Origin: Candidatus Microgenomatus auricola
GTDB lineage: Bacteria > Patescibacteriota > Patescibacteriia > SBBC01
DNA: 62,972 bases
Assembly (NCBI GenBank): GCA_005239865.1
Contig: SBBC01000020.1
Location: 1-62,972, forward strand
Direction: 5' to 3'
A program made the translations under genes and the position numbers. The notes under the pieces are model-generated. The model had not been told where the DNA came from. It did no database searches and saw only the letters and a program-made list of their open reading frames with translations. Shown piece by piece: positions 26,404 to 34,984 of this stretch. The number at the start of each line of letters is the position of its first letter. Positions within the stretch are counted from its first letter, which is position 1.

Positions 26404-26751
26404 TTAGCCGAATAGCTTGGTCCGGACGACCGTCGCTAAGACGACGGCGAGGGTCACCGCAACGATCGAAAGGAGGGCCAGGCCAACCGTGAATTGAACA
26501 GCTTGCTTGAAGCGGGTGTACGAATCAACGTACGTCTTTTCGTGTCGCCTGGCGTACCGTTCAAAAGCTGTTTGCGGCGAGCTAGTTAGGTAGATCGGTA
26601 AGCTCAACAGGTAGATAATCAAGCCGAGCCACCAGTCCGCCACCCACCGTCCAAACGTCATCGGTCCCTGACTTTTGAGGCGGTCGCGTTCGTCGAGCAG
26701 CACCCACCGGACTTGGCGCAAATGTCGGTGAACCGGATGGCGATTGTCCAT
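26404..26751 (-). CDS. small membrane protein, unknown function
   Basis: 115 aa with two TM helices. Confidence 0.5.
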   Translation of the reverse strand: MDNRHPVHRHLRQVRWVLLDERDRLKSQGPMTFGRWVADWWLGLIIYLLSLPIYLTSSPQTAFERYARRHEKTYVDSYTRFKQAVQFTVGLALLSIVAVTLAVVLATVVRTKLFG

Positions 26752-26759
26752 CTGTCTTG

Positions 26760-27809
26760 TTAGCTAGCGACGACGCTGACCGTCATGTTGATGTCGTAGT
26801 CCGAGGCCACCGGCTGCTCCTCGGGAATCGTTTGGGAAATCGCCACGCCGGTTAGGTCCCAGTAGCAATTCGTTCCGGCCGAGGCGCCGGCAGTAATGAG
26901 GGTGACGGAGTTAGTCACGCCTTCGTTGAACGCTGTGGACGAGCCGAGGGTCAGGCCGGTCGTATTGCAGCCGGATTGCGGCGTGATCGTGCCGCCGGAC
27001 GGATTGACCGTCATCTGCCCGCCGACTAAATCCGTGTCTCCGCCATCACCGGCATTTGCGGTCGGGTCGTTGAAGTCGTAGTCCGTGCCGACGCTATCCC
27101 AGACCGCGGTGGGAGCTGAAGCAGCCACGCTCAAGGTCCAGGTAGCAGTGGCCGTTGTGTTGGTAACGCGGATTTTTTCCGATGACACGCCGAAGGTGCC
27201 AGTGGAGGTCTGAACGGCAAACGACAGGCTCAAGGTGCTCATGACCAGAGAGGGGCTGGCGACCGGGGCGCCGCTGGCATCAACGATATCAACGGTCAAG
27301 GAGCCGGCCGCTCCGGCCGCGGTGCCGCAGATCTTGGTGGTGTACGCCGTGCCGTCGCCGACATGGGCGTTCGTGGTGCCGGACATCGAACCGAGCGTGG
27401 TATCGAAACCAGTGCAGTTCGAGGCCTGATATCCGATCGAGACAGAACCGCCGCTGGGAACTGAAATGCAGGCGCTGTTGGCGTAGTTGCTCTGACTGTT
27501 CTGTTCGACGTGAGCATTCGTCGTGCCGGACAATTTCAGGGCGGTGGCAAACGTGCCGCTGCAGGATGTGCCAAGCCCGGTTACTCCGCTGCAACACACA
27601 ACATTATTAGCATACGCCGGGGTTGATTGACTTGGCAGTTCAGCATGGGCATTTGACGCGCCGGACATCCGCCAGATCACTGTGCCGGTGCAGGCCGCGG
27701 CGGTGGTGATTGAACACGACAACGTGCCAGCCAAAACTGACCGGACGAAAAAAAATGAGCCAAGCATTAACAGGCTGACTAAAAAAGTTTTATTTTCAGA
27801 CATTTTCAT
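26760..27809 (-). CDS. secreted WxL-like surface protein with Cys-rich N-terminal repeats
   Basis: Signal peptide, then three roughly 45-aa repeats carrying SG(A/T)(S/T)NAH. The C-terminal 200 aa are paralogous to 30711..31415 and 32804..33436 (TWTLSVAASAPTAVWDSVGTDYDFND ... YWDLTGVAISQTIPEEQ ... YDINMTVSVVAS). Confidence 0.7.
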   Translation of the reverse strand: MKMSENKTFLVSLLMLGSFFFVRSVLAGTLSCSITTAAACTGTVIWRMSGASNAHAELPSQSTPAYANNVVCCSGVTGLGTSCSGTFATALKLSGTTNAHVEQNSQSNYANSACISVPSGGSVSIGYQASNCTGFDTTLGSMSGTTNAHVGDGTAYTTKICGTAAGAAGSLTVDIVDASGAPVASPSLVMSTLSLSFAVQTSTGTFGVSSEKIRVTNTTATATWTLSVAASAPTAVWDSVGTDYDFNDPTANAGDGGDTDLVGGQMTVNPSGGTITPQSGCNTTGLTLGSSTAFNEGVTNSVTLITAGASAGTNCYWDLTGVAISQTIPEEQPVASDYDINMTVSVVAS

Positions 27810-27833
27810 ACATGACTATGAAAACGTCGACCG

Positions 27834-28724
27834 CTAGTTCAAATTATCTAATTCCGCTTGAACGAGCTGCACCGTCCAAGACGCCGACGTACCGCCGTTC
27901 ACGCTGACACCGATGATGCTATTGGCCACCGACGTATCAAAAGCGCCGGAGGTTACCTGCAACGTCGTGCCGGGTTGATTTTGCAACCCAGTGGTGGATA
28001 ATCTATGCCGGGCTTGAGCAGTCCCTTGCATCACGCCAGACGCTCCGACCGCTCGAAACGTAATCCAGACCTCAAATGTTCCAATGTCAGCGGCTGCGGT
28101 TTGGGCTAAAAACGTAAATGTCAGGCGGGCCGTATCAGCCGTGCTGCCGTTGGTGCCGAAACGAACGGTTATGACCGGGGTAGCTGTGCCAGCCGCAGTT
28201 TTGGAAACATCGAAAATCAGGTGGTATCTTGTGCCGACCTTCAGTCCGCCGGATGGGATCGCGATTGACGATCCGGTCAAATAGGTGTCCGTGGCAAAAC
28301 CAGCTCCTTGGGCCGCAGTGCTTTGATTGAAGACTCTGACATTTTTCCACGTACCGTCGCCGCGCCAAAACGTGGAAGCAGAGGCGCCAGTGCCGCTGCC
28401 TAGATTTGTCACTGGCAGGTTGCCGGTCACGCCGTTGGAAAGATCGACCTGGGCCCAAGCCGGATTATTGCTGGCGCCGGTGTTAGAAAGATAACGCGTG
28501 GCGGTAATGTTTTTGGCCAGCGCGGACAGCGTATCAACGGCCGAGCCGTACAGCAGATCTCCTTGGGCCACGCTGCCGGAGACCGAAGTAAAGTCATGGC
28601 CGGGGTTGGGCGCGGCGGCAAAAATGACCCGGAAAACGGCCAGGACAATGGCTCCAAGCAATATCACTCCAAGCACGATATTGAACAGCTTCAAGGATTT
28701 GGTTTTCGGGATGATGTTTTTCAT
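27834..28724 (-). CDS. membrane-anchored beta-rich protein, unknown function
   Basis: 296 aa with an N-terminal TM helix and the motif GNLPVTNLGSGTGASASTFWRGDGTWKNV. Separated by only 24 nt from the downstream WxL-like gene. Confidence 0.55.
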   Translation of the reverse strand: MKNIIPKTKSLKLFNIVLGVILLGAIVLAVFRVIFAAAPNPGHDFTSVSGSVAQGDLLYGSAVDTLSALAKNITATRYLSNTGASNNPAWAQVDLSNGVTGNLPVTNLGSGTGASASTFWRGDGTWKNVRVFNQSTAAQGAGFATDTYLTGSSIAIPSGGLKVGTRYHLIFDVSKTAAGTATPVITVRFGTNGSTADTARLTFTFLAQTAAADIGTFEVWITFRAVGASGVMQGTAQARHRLSTTGLQNQPGTTLQVTSGAFDTSVANSIIGVSVNGGTSASWTVQLVQAELDNLN

Positions 28725-28818
28725 AAGGTCATGCCTTATAATACTTCAGTCAAAGAAATGGGGCCTTTTATGCTGGGATCATACCATAACTTGGAAAATT
28801 ATCCATCGGCGCGTCGGT

Positions 28819-29178
28819 TTACCAGGAAATTACGGAAACCGTTTCTTGCCACTGTCCGTTCGATTGTCGGTCGAGCGTTCGCGCCACGGTTTGGTTTTGG
28901 TCGGTTCGTTCAAGCGTTCGCAGGTACTGACCGGTCTGCTCCAAGAGATTGTCGCTGGCCTGCAAGGCCGGGCCGGTCAGCTCGTTGAGGCGAAACAATA
29001 ACGTGTACTCGTCGTCGGCCGCCGAAAGATTATTCCAGTCGCCGACGATTTGCAGCGACGCGTCGACAATCATAATTCGGACCGGTATAATCGTCATCGA
29101 GAACGATACTGTGGCGGCCTGGGTGAAGGTGGGGAGGAGACCGATGATTGCGATAACGAAGAGGGTTATAAGACGCAT
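28819..29178 (-). CDS. small secreted protein, unknown function
   Basis: 119 aa with a signal peptide (LITLFVIAIIGLLPTFTQA). A 10-bp hairpin abuts its start codon, so its reality is less certain. Confidence 0.4.
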   Translation of the reverse strand: MRLITLFVIAIIGLLPTFTQAATVSFSMTIIPVRIMIVDASLQIVGDWNNLSAADDEYTLLFRLNELTGPALQASDNLLEQTGQYLRTLERTDQNQTVARTLDRQSNGQWQETVSVISW

Positions 29179-29229
29179 ACACCAACAGGCGAGTAGCTGT
29201 TGGTGTTTGTTTTTGGTTGGGATCGAGCG

Positions 29230-30594
29230 TTATGATTTCTTTCGTGGTGACCGCTGGCGACGGTGTGGTTTCCTGACTGGAGCAGACGGCGGAACTAAGA
29301 TTGCAGTACCGCGCTTGAGTTCATAGGGCGGCCGCAGTTTGTTGACTCTGGCCAGCAGTTTCCAGGAAACGTTCCGAGCTTTGGCCAGCGCCTGAACAGT
29401 GTCGTTGGATCTGACCACGTAGCGTACCCATGTTTTCTTGATTAGCTGACGGCGTTTGAGCGTCAGCCAAGCGAGCAGTCCCAAGCCGAGGAGGATGATC
29501 AGGATGGCGGCGTAGATCGCCCAGGCCAAGGGTGACGGCGGGAGGAAAAAGCCGACTGCCGGTTGGCTGATGACCGCCTGTTTCGTATCTGTTTTACCGA
29601 GCTCAACCGCGGGATTAGCGTCATAAGCAACGGTCAGCCGCGAACGGTACCAGCCGCCCCAGAACGTCGGCGCTAGTTCAAAGTTCCATTCTGAAGTGCT
29701 TTCCCGCAGGATGGCGTACTCGCCGCCGTGTCGGATGAGTTCGCGGCCAAAGAGGTTGGTGGTGACTACGCGAACGTCAGCATCAATCGAGACATTGCCG
29801 TCGTTCCGAACAACCGGGTGGAGAATCTTTCCGCCCTGGGCGCGCGGGAGAACGTCAAGGCGGACGATGGAAAGTTTCCGAGTGACATTGCCCGGGATCG
29901 TGACCGCCACGCGGATGCCGGTTCGCGTGGAGATAGCAATGCCTTGATCCGCGCCGCTCGCATCTTTTTTCTCCTGAATCAGGATGCAGCCGTTGTGCTC
30001 ACCAACACTGGCGGTCGGCGGCACGTTGATGGTAAAAGGCACGAGGACTTTCTTTTCCGGATCAATGGTCACGACCACAGGTTGCAGTGGATCGGTGCCA
30101 CTGTCAATTTCATTTTTGTCCGAGGCGCCGTCGCCATCAGTGTCCGGCTCGCTTGGGTTGGTTTTGCGATTTTGCTCGTCTTGATTGGTCAGGCCATCGC
30201 CGTCTTCGTCCTTGTTTGGAAGTAAGGCGGCGGCTTGGTCTCGATCCTGCCCGGGCCAGCCAAAGGTGATCCACGCGCCAACATCGTCACGCGGTTCTGA
30301 CAGTTGCTCGCAGGCGTATCCACCCTCGGTCGACGGCGTCGAGTCGGCCGCGTAGACCATCAGCGTCTTGGCCGCGGTTCCATTGTTGATGACATCAACA
30401 CCCTCGGGTTGAGTTGTCCCGGGTTCAAGCGTGTGAACGAAGATGTCGCTGGTGCGTGGATTGTCCGCGCGAGGGTATGCCGGTCGGCCGCCAATGCCGC
30501 CGTAGGTGATGGCCTGGGCCGGCAGGGCGAATGGCCAGGTTACTATGGAGACGAGCAGCAGACTGCCAAGCAGAACATTTTTGGGAAAGCGCAT
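29230..30594 (-). CDS. DUF916-like (WxL-partner) surface protein with TSP3-type Ca-binding repeats, C-terminal TM and LysM domain
   Basis: Signal peptide, then YGGIGGRPAYP...LEPGTTQPEGVDVINNGTAAKTLMVYAADSTPSTEGGYA (DUF916-like). Next DEDGDGLTNQDE...DTDGDGASDKNE (thrombospondin type 3-like) and a TM helix (AIYAAILIILLGLGLLAWL). The C-terminus has a LysM-like YVVRSNDTVQALAKARNVSWKLLARVN...GTAILVP. Confidence 0.7.
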   Translation of the reverse strand: MRFPKNVLLGSLLLVSIVTWPFALPAQAITYGGIGGRPAYPRADNPRTSDIFVHTLEPGTTQPEGVDVINNGTAAKTLMVYAADSTPSTEGGYACEQLSEPRDDVGAWITFGWPGQDRDQAAALLPNKDEDGDGLTNQDEQNRKTNPSEPDTDGDGASDKNEIDSGTDPLQPVVVTIDPEKKVLVPFTINVPPTASVGEHNGCILIQEKKDASGADQGIAISTRTGIRVAVTIPGNVTRKLSIVRLDVLPRAQGGKILHPVVRNDGNVSIDADVRVVTTNLFGRELIRHGGEYAILRESTSEWNFELAPTFWGGWYRSRLTVAYDANPAVELGKTDTKQAVISQPAVGFFLPPSPLAWAIYAAILIILLGLGLLAWLTLKRRQLIKKTWVRYVVRSNDTVQALAKARNVSWKLLARVNKLRPPYELKRGTAILVPPSAPVRKPHRRQRSPRKKS

Positions 30595-30710
30595 GGGGAT
30601 AAAAGATGGATGTTTGTTCGTCTTTCAGTATATCGTAGTGGCGCCTACAATGCCAACGATACGAAAAACCCCGAGCTCGGCGCCCGGGGCAGTTGTGTAC
30701 GACAGGCTTT

Positions 30711-31415
30711 TTAGGAGGCGACGATTGACAGCACCATGTTGATGTCGTAGTCGGTGGCGGGCACCTGTTCCTCGGGAATCTTCTGGCTGACTGAGACTCC
30801 GGTCAGCTTCCAGTCGCCGATGTCGTTCGAAGCGGCGGCGCCGGTGAGGACCGTGATGCTGTTCGTGGTGCCCTCGACGTAGGCGGTGGAAGAACCTTTG
30901 GTGACGTTGGTGGTAACGCAGGAGTTGCACTGTCCAACCGCCAGCGTCCCGACTGACGGATCAACGGTCATCTGTCCGCCGAGTGTGTCGACGTCAACAC
31001 CGCTGTCAGCGCAACCGGATGTGCCGTTGTCATTGAAGTCGTAGTCAGTGCCAACGCTATCCCAGACCGCGGTCGTGGCCGAGGCCGCCAGCGAAGCGGT
31101 CCAGCCGTTATCAGCCGCGTCGGGATTGGAAACGTAAATGTTTTGGCTGGCCGTGCCAAAGGTACCGGTAATCGTTTGGCAGGCGAAGCTGAACGTGGCC
31201 GTAGACATCACGACCGACGGGCTGGCGACAGTGACGTAGCTAGCGTCAACAATGTCAATCGCCAGCGTGCCGATGTTAATGGTCTGCTGGAAGTTCGAAG
31301 TTGAGCTGGCGTAGACGTAGGTGCCAACACCACTGGCCAAAACCAAAATCCCCACGGTCGCGATGACCGCCTGGAGATTCATTTTCCACAAGAGTACGTG
31401 TAAGAGCTTGTTCAT
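30711..31415 (-). CDS. secreted WxL-like surface protein
   Basis: Signal/anchor sequence, then GTLAIDIVDAS, GWTASLAASATTAVWDSVGTDYDFND and a C-terminal DWKLTGVSVSQKIPEEQ...YDINMVLSIVAS. Confidence 0.7.
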   Translation of the reverse strand: MNKLLHVLLWKMNLQAVIATVGILVLASGVGTYVYASSTSNFQQTINIGTLAIDIVDASYVTVASPSVVMSTATFSFACQTITGTFGTASQNIYVSNPDAADNGWTASLAASATTAVWDSVGTDYDFNDNGTSGCADSGVDVDTLGGQMTVDPSVGTLAVGQCNSCVTTNVTKGSSTAYVEGTTNSITVLTGAAASNDIGDWKLTGVSVSQKIPEEQVPATDYDINMVLSIVAS

Positions 31416-31469
31416 GGTTTTATTTGGTATTTTTTTGGCCAGCGCCGGTTTTCAGCGTTCCTATAGGCC

Positions 31470-31498
31470 AGTATAGCATAAAAAATAAGCCTTGTCAA
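31470..31498 (-). promoter_or_regulatory. sigma70-like promoter (TTGACA-17-TATACT) for the WxL-like gene 30711..31415
   Basis: On the minus strand, TTGACA sits at 31498-31493, followed by a 17-nt spacer and TATACT at 31475-31470. The -35 box overlaps the stop codon of gene 31495..32760. Confidence 0.55.
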
Positions 31499-32760
31499 TG
31501 ATTTTTACGGCTTGTGGAGCGAGTTCTAGAAGTTTTTTGTTTGGGGATGATAAGGACCTGCCCTGGGGTTAGCCGGTACGGTGGTTTGAGTTGATTGAGC
31601 TTGGCCAGCTGCTGCCAGGAAAGGTGAAAACGATCGGCAATCGCGCTGACATCTTCATGCGCCTTAACCGTGTAGCGTGTTGTTTCTTGGTTGGAATGAG
31701 CCCGTCTTCGCTTGATGAGCATGCCGCCGATACTAATCAGGACGAGTACCAGGATGATCAGTAGTGACCAGTGAACGTTCGTGACGTGGATGATACGGCT
31801 GGTGATTAACTGCGGTTGGCCATCCACGTCGTAGGTTACGGTTGCTTGCAACCGCAGCCGACCGAGGAACGGCTTTTTTAGCGGAAAGTTGATGACGAGC
31901 TCATCGTCGTGCAGCACCTGGCCGGGCCGTTCGATAGTTTGATGCTGTCTGGTCCAGAGGTTCGTGATTGAGATACGACTGAGCTGGTTAAGACTGACGC
32001 TACTGCCATTACTCAGACTAAGCGTAACTGTGTAATACCCTGGTTGGGCAGCTGGGCTAATGTTGAACCCTGAGATCCGTAGTTCTTTTTTGACGGTGCC
32101 TGGCACGGTCTGGTAGATGCGAACGCCAACGCGGGTGGTAATCTGGATACCGGATTCGGTCAGGTCGGCGGTGGGCTGCTTTTTTTGAATCACGATGCCG
32201 CCGGTGTGTTCGCCGACTGACAAACCCGGTGGAGCGGACATGATAAACGGTAGGGAAATTTCTCGGCCACCCTCGATGGTCAGCTCGTGGTTAGCAACAC
32301 CGCGGCACCAGGCAATCAGCTCGAGTTTCTGAGTGGGCGTCAGTCGATTGGCTCGTGATCCATTTCCGTCGAGCGACGATCCGCACCATTCAATGATACT
32401 CGTATTTGAGCCAGCCGCAAAAGTTGGACGGTCGTTGGGGTACAGTCGGACCCACGATCCGACGCCGGTCATGGTTTCGGTCTGCTGCTTCAAGGCAAAA
32501 CCTCCGTCCGAACTGCGGGTGGCGTCGGCGGGATAGATCAGGGCGGTGACCGGTTCAGTTCCGCCGTTGGAAATTATGACTGCGTCTTCTTTGACCGTGC
32601 CAGCGGCCAATTCATAGATGAACCAGTTTTGGCTGTTTGGGATGGCTGGATTCGGATTGGCTGGTCGTCCGCCTAAGCCACCGTACTCCAGGCCGCGGAG
32701 GTTCAACGGCAGTGTCAGCAGGACGGCGGCCGTAGAGATGATTAAAAAAAGTCGTTGCAC
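31495..32760 (-). CDS. DUF916-like (WxL-partner) surface protein with C-terminal TM and LysM domain
   Basis: YGGLGGRPANP...LAAGTVKEDAVIISNGGTEPVTALIYPADATRSSDGGFAL, a TM helix (LLIILVLVLISIGGMLI), and LysM-like YTVKAHEDVSAIADRFHLSWQQLAKLN...GQVLIIP. Paralog of 29230..30594. Confidence 0.7.
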   Translation of the reverse strand: MQRLFLIISTAAVLLTLPLNLRGLEYGGLGGRPANPNPAIPNSQNWFIYELAAGTVKEDAVIISNGGTEPVTALIYPADATRSSDGGFALKQQTETMTGVGSWVRLYPNDRPTFAAGSNTSIIEWCGSSLDGNGSRANRLTPTQKLELIAWCRGVANHELTIEGGREISLPFIMSAPPGLSVGEHTGGIVIQKKQPTADLTESGIQITTRVGVRIYQTVPGTVKKELRISGFNISPAAQPGYYTVTLSLSNGSSVSLNQLSRISITNLWTRQHQTIERPGQVLHDDELVINFPLKKPFLGRLRLQATVTYDVDGQPQLITSRIIHVTNVHWSLLIILVLVLISIGGMLIKRRRAHSNQETTRYTVKAHEDVSAIADRFHLSWQQLAKLNQLKPPYRLTPGQVLIIPKQKTSRTRSTSRKNH

Positions 32761-32803
32761 CTTGTCAGCATACCAACAAAATGAGCGTGCGGACAGAGCT
32801 GAA

Positions 32804-33436
32804 TCAGCTGGCGGTCAGGACGAGGGTTAGGGTGTAGGTGCCCGGCGGTTGAGTAGCGGGAATGGTGTTGGATAAGGACACGCCGGTCAGATCCCAGCGA
32901 CCCGGTTGGCTGGCCGAGGTACTGCCCTGGAGAACGGTCAGGCTGTCGCGGGTGCCTTGGAGAAACGTGTTCGAGCTGCCCAAGGTCACACCGGTACTGG
33001 TGTAACTGTTCGTCGGCGTAATGGTTCCGGTGCCAGGGTTGACCGTCATGATGCCATTGGCGGCGGTGGCATTATTAAAATCAAAGGTGTCGCCGCCACT
33101 GGTCCACAGGGCGGAAGGTGCCGAACCGGCGACCGACAGGGTCCAGGCGGCGGCGGGTGGTTGGCGGCCGTTACTCAGCCGGATTTTTTGCGACGAGGCG
33201 CCGAGCGTGCCCGAACCGGACTGTTGATCGAACGAAAATGTCACGGCTCCGAAACCGACGGTTGGACTGGCCACGCTGTTGCCGGAGCTGTCAACGATGT
33301 CGACGCCGAGTGTCCCGGCGTTGATGGTCTGGGATAGTTGTGTGGTGTTGGCAGCATACGCAATATCCGTGCTAGGCCCGGTAGCCACCACGGTACTCAA
33401 GAGCACAACCAACAGATTGCGACTAAGTCTGTTCAT
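32804..33436 (-). CDS. secreted WxL-like surface protein
   Basis: Signal peptide, then GTLGVDIVDSS, AAWTLSVAGSAPSALWTSGGDTFDFNN and a C-terminal RWDLTGVSLSNTIPATQ...YTLTLVLTAS. Confidence 0.7.
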   Translation of the reverse strand: MNRLSRNLLVVLLSTVVATGPSTDIAYAANTTQLSQTINAGTLGVDIVDSSGNSVASPTVGFGAVTFSFDQQSGSGTLGASSQKIRLSNGRQPPAAAWTLSVAGSAPSALWTSGGDTFDFNNATAANGIMTVNPGTGTITPTNSYTSTGVTLGSSNTFLQGTRDSLTVLQGSTSASQPGRWDLTGVSLSNTIPATQPPGTYTLTLVLTAS

Positions 33437-33564
33437 TGAGTGTTTGTTTTTCGATCTTCTTTTTGTGTTGGTACCATCAGCATAGCATAAAATTCCTGCG
33501 GCGTCAATGATGTGGGTTGTTTTTTCTACGCGCTCAGCCGTCAGTTGTGGTATGCTGAGGTGGT

Positions 33565-34614
33565 ATGACGCTCCAGGAGTTGATGACGAAAGCCGTCGAA
33601 GCGCGCGCCTCCGACCTCCACCTGATCGTAGGCGAGCCGCCGACCCTGCGCATTGACGGCGAACTCGAAGCGCTCAAAGGGTACCCAAAGTTGACGCCGA
33701 ACGATACCAAGGCGTTGATTTACAGTATTCTCGCGCCAGAACAAATCAAGCGCTTTGAGAATGAACAGGAATTCGACACCGCCTACGACCTTCCCGGGGT
33801 CAGCCGGTTTCGCATCAATCTTCACTACGAACTCCGGAACGTCGGCGTTTCGATCCGCGTCGTTCCACACAAGATTCCGACTCCCAAGGAACTTGGTTTC
33901 GATGAGACCATTTACGAAATCACGCACATCAACGCCGGTCTCGTCCTCGTCACCGGCCCCTCGGGATCGGGGAAGTCGACGACGATCGCCTCAGTGATCG
34001 ACATCATCAACACCGAGCGCCGCGCCCACATCATCACCATTGAGGATCCGGTGGAGTTCGTCTTCACGCCGAAACAGAGCATCATTGAGCAACGAGAGGT
34101 CGACATCGACACCAAGTCGTTCTCCGCCGCCCTCAAACGGGTACTCCGGCAGGACCCGAATGTCATCTTCGTTGGAGAGATGCGTGACCTCGAGACGTTC
34201 CAGGCGACCCTGACGGCAGCGGAGACCGGCCACCTCGTTTTTTCGACGCTCCACACGCCGAACGCCGCCCAAACCGTTGATCGGATCATCGACATGTTCC
34301 CGCCGCACCAGCAGGACGAAGCGCGTCTGGAGTTGGCCGGCGTCCTGCGCGCGATCATTGCGCAACAACTCGTTCCCCGTGAGGGCGGCGGCCGGGTGGC
34401 CGTCCGGGAGCTCCTCATTAACTCTCCAGCCATTGCCAATCTTATTCGTGAGAATCAAATTGCCCAGATCCCATCAGCCATGCAGATGGGCGGGCAGGAA
34501 GGGATGCGAACGATGGATATGTCGCTGCGGCAGCTTTATCTGGCCGGTGAGATCAGCGAAACGACGGCACGGAATCGAATGCTTGATCCGGAAAAACTCA
34601 CCACGTATTTCTAA
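33565..34614 (+). CDS. pilT: type IV pilus retraction ATPase PilT
   Basis: Walker A GPSGSGKSTT, IFVGEMRDLET, and the TGHLVFSTLHT His box, in 349 aa. Confidence 0.9.
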   Translation: MTLQELMTKAVEARASDLHLIVGEPPTLRIDGELEALKGYPKLTPNDTKALIYSILAPEQIKRFENEQEFDTAYDLPGVSRFRINLHYELRNVGVSIRVVPHKIPTPKELGFDETIYEITHINAGLVLVTGPSGSGKSTTIASVIDIINTERRAHIITIEDPVEFVFTPKQSIIEQREVDIDTKSFSAALKRVLRQDPNVIFVGEMRDLETFQATLTAAETGHLVFSTLHTPNAAQTVDRIIDMFPPHQQDEARLELAGVLRAIIAQQLVPREGGGRVAVRELLINSPAIANLIRENQIAQIPSAMQMGGQEGMRTMDMSLRQLYLAGEISETTARNRMLDPEKLTTYF

Positions 34615-34651
34615 AGGGGAAGTATTAAGAACGAATTACTAATGACGGCGC

Positions 34652-34984
34652 ATGAATGACGAGCAGTGGCGAGAGACGATCGGAAGAATTCAGGACACCT
34701 TCAAAGTGCTGAATCATGAGATCGTCCGTGGGGATGAGGTGAGCGGCGATATCGAGCATATCGAATTCGAGACGCCGCAAGGAAAAATGAAGCTCGAGCG
34801 TGTGAGCAAGCCGCGGGTGGTTGGGAAGTCGGCCCTCGGCTCGAAGCGAATCGGCGGATCGGTCAGCGTGCGCTACGAGTACTCGGCGACCGAGAAAATC
34901 CACACGGTCAGGGCCTTCCGCTGGGACGATCAATCAGGGGAATGGAAGGAAATTGTCATGAAAGGGGACAGATTTCATGGCTAA
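34652..34984 (+). CDS. hypothetical protein
   Basis: 110-aa ORF with a plausible composition that overlaps the next gene start by 8 bp. No family recognised. Confidence 0.45.
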   Translation: MNDEQWRETIGRIQDTFKVLNHEIVRGDEVSGDIEHIEFETPQGKMKLERVSKPRVVGKSALGSKRIGGSVSVRYEYSATEKIHTVRAFRWDDQSGEWKEIVMKGDRFHG

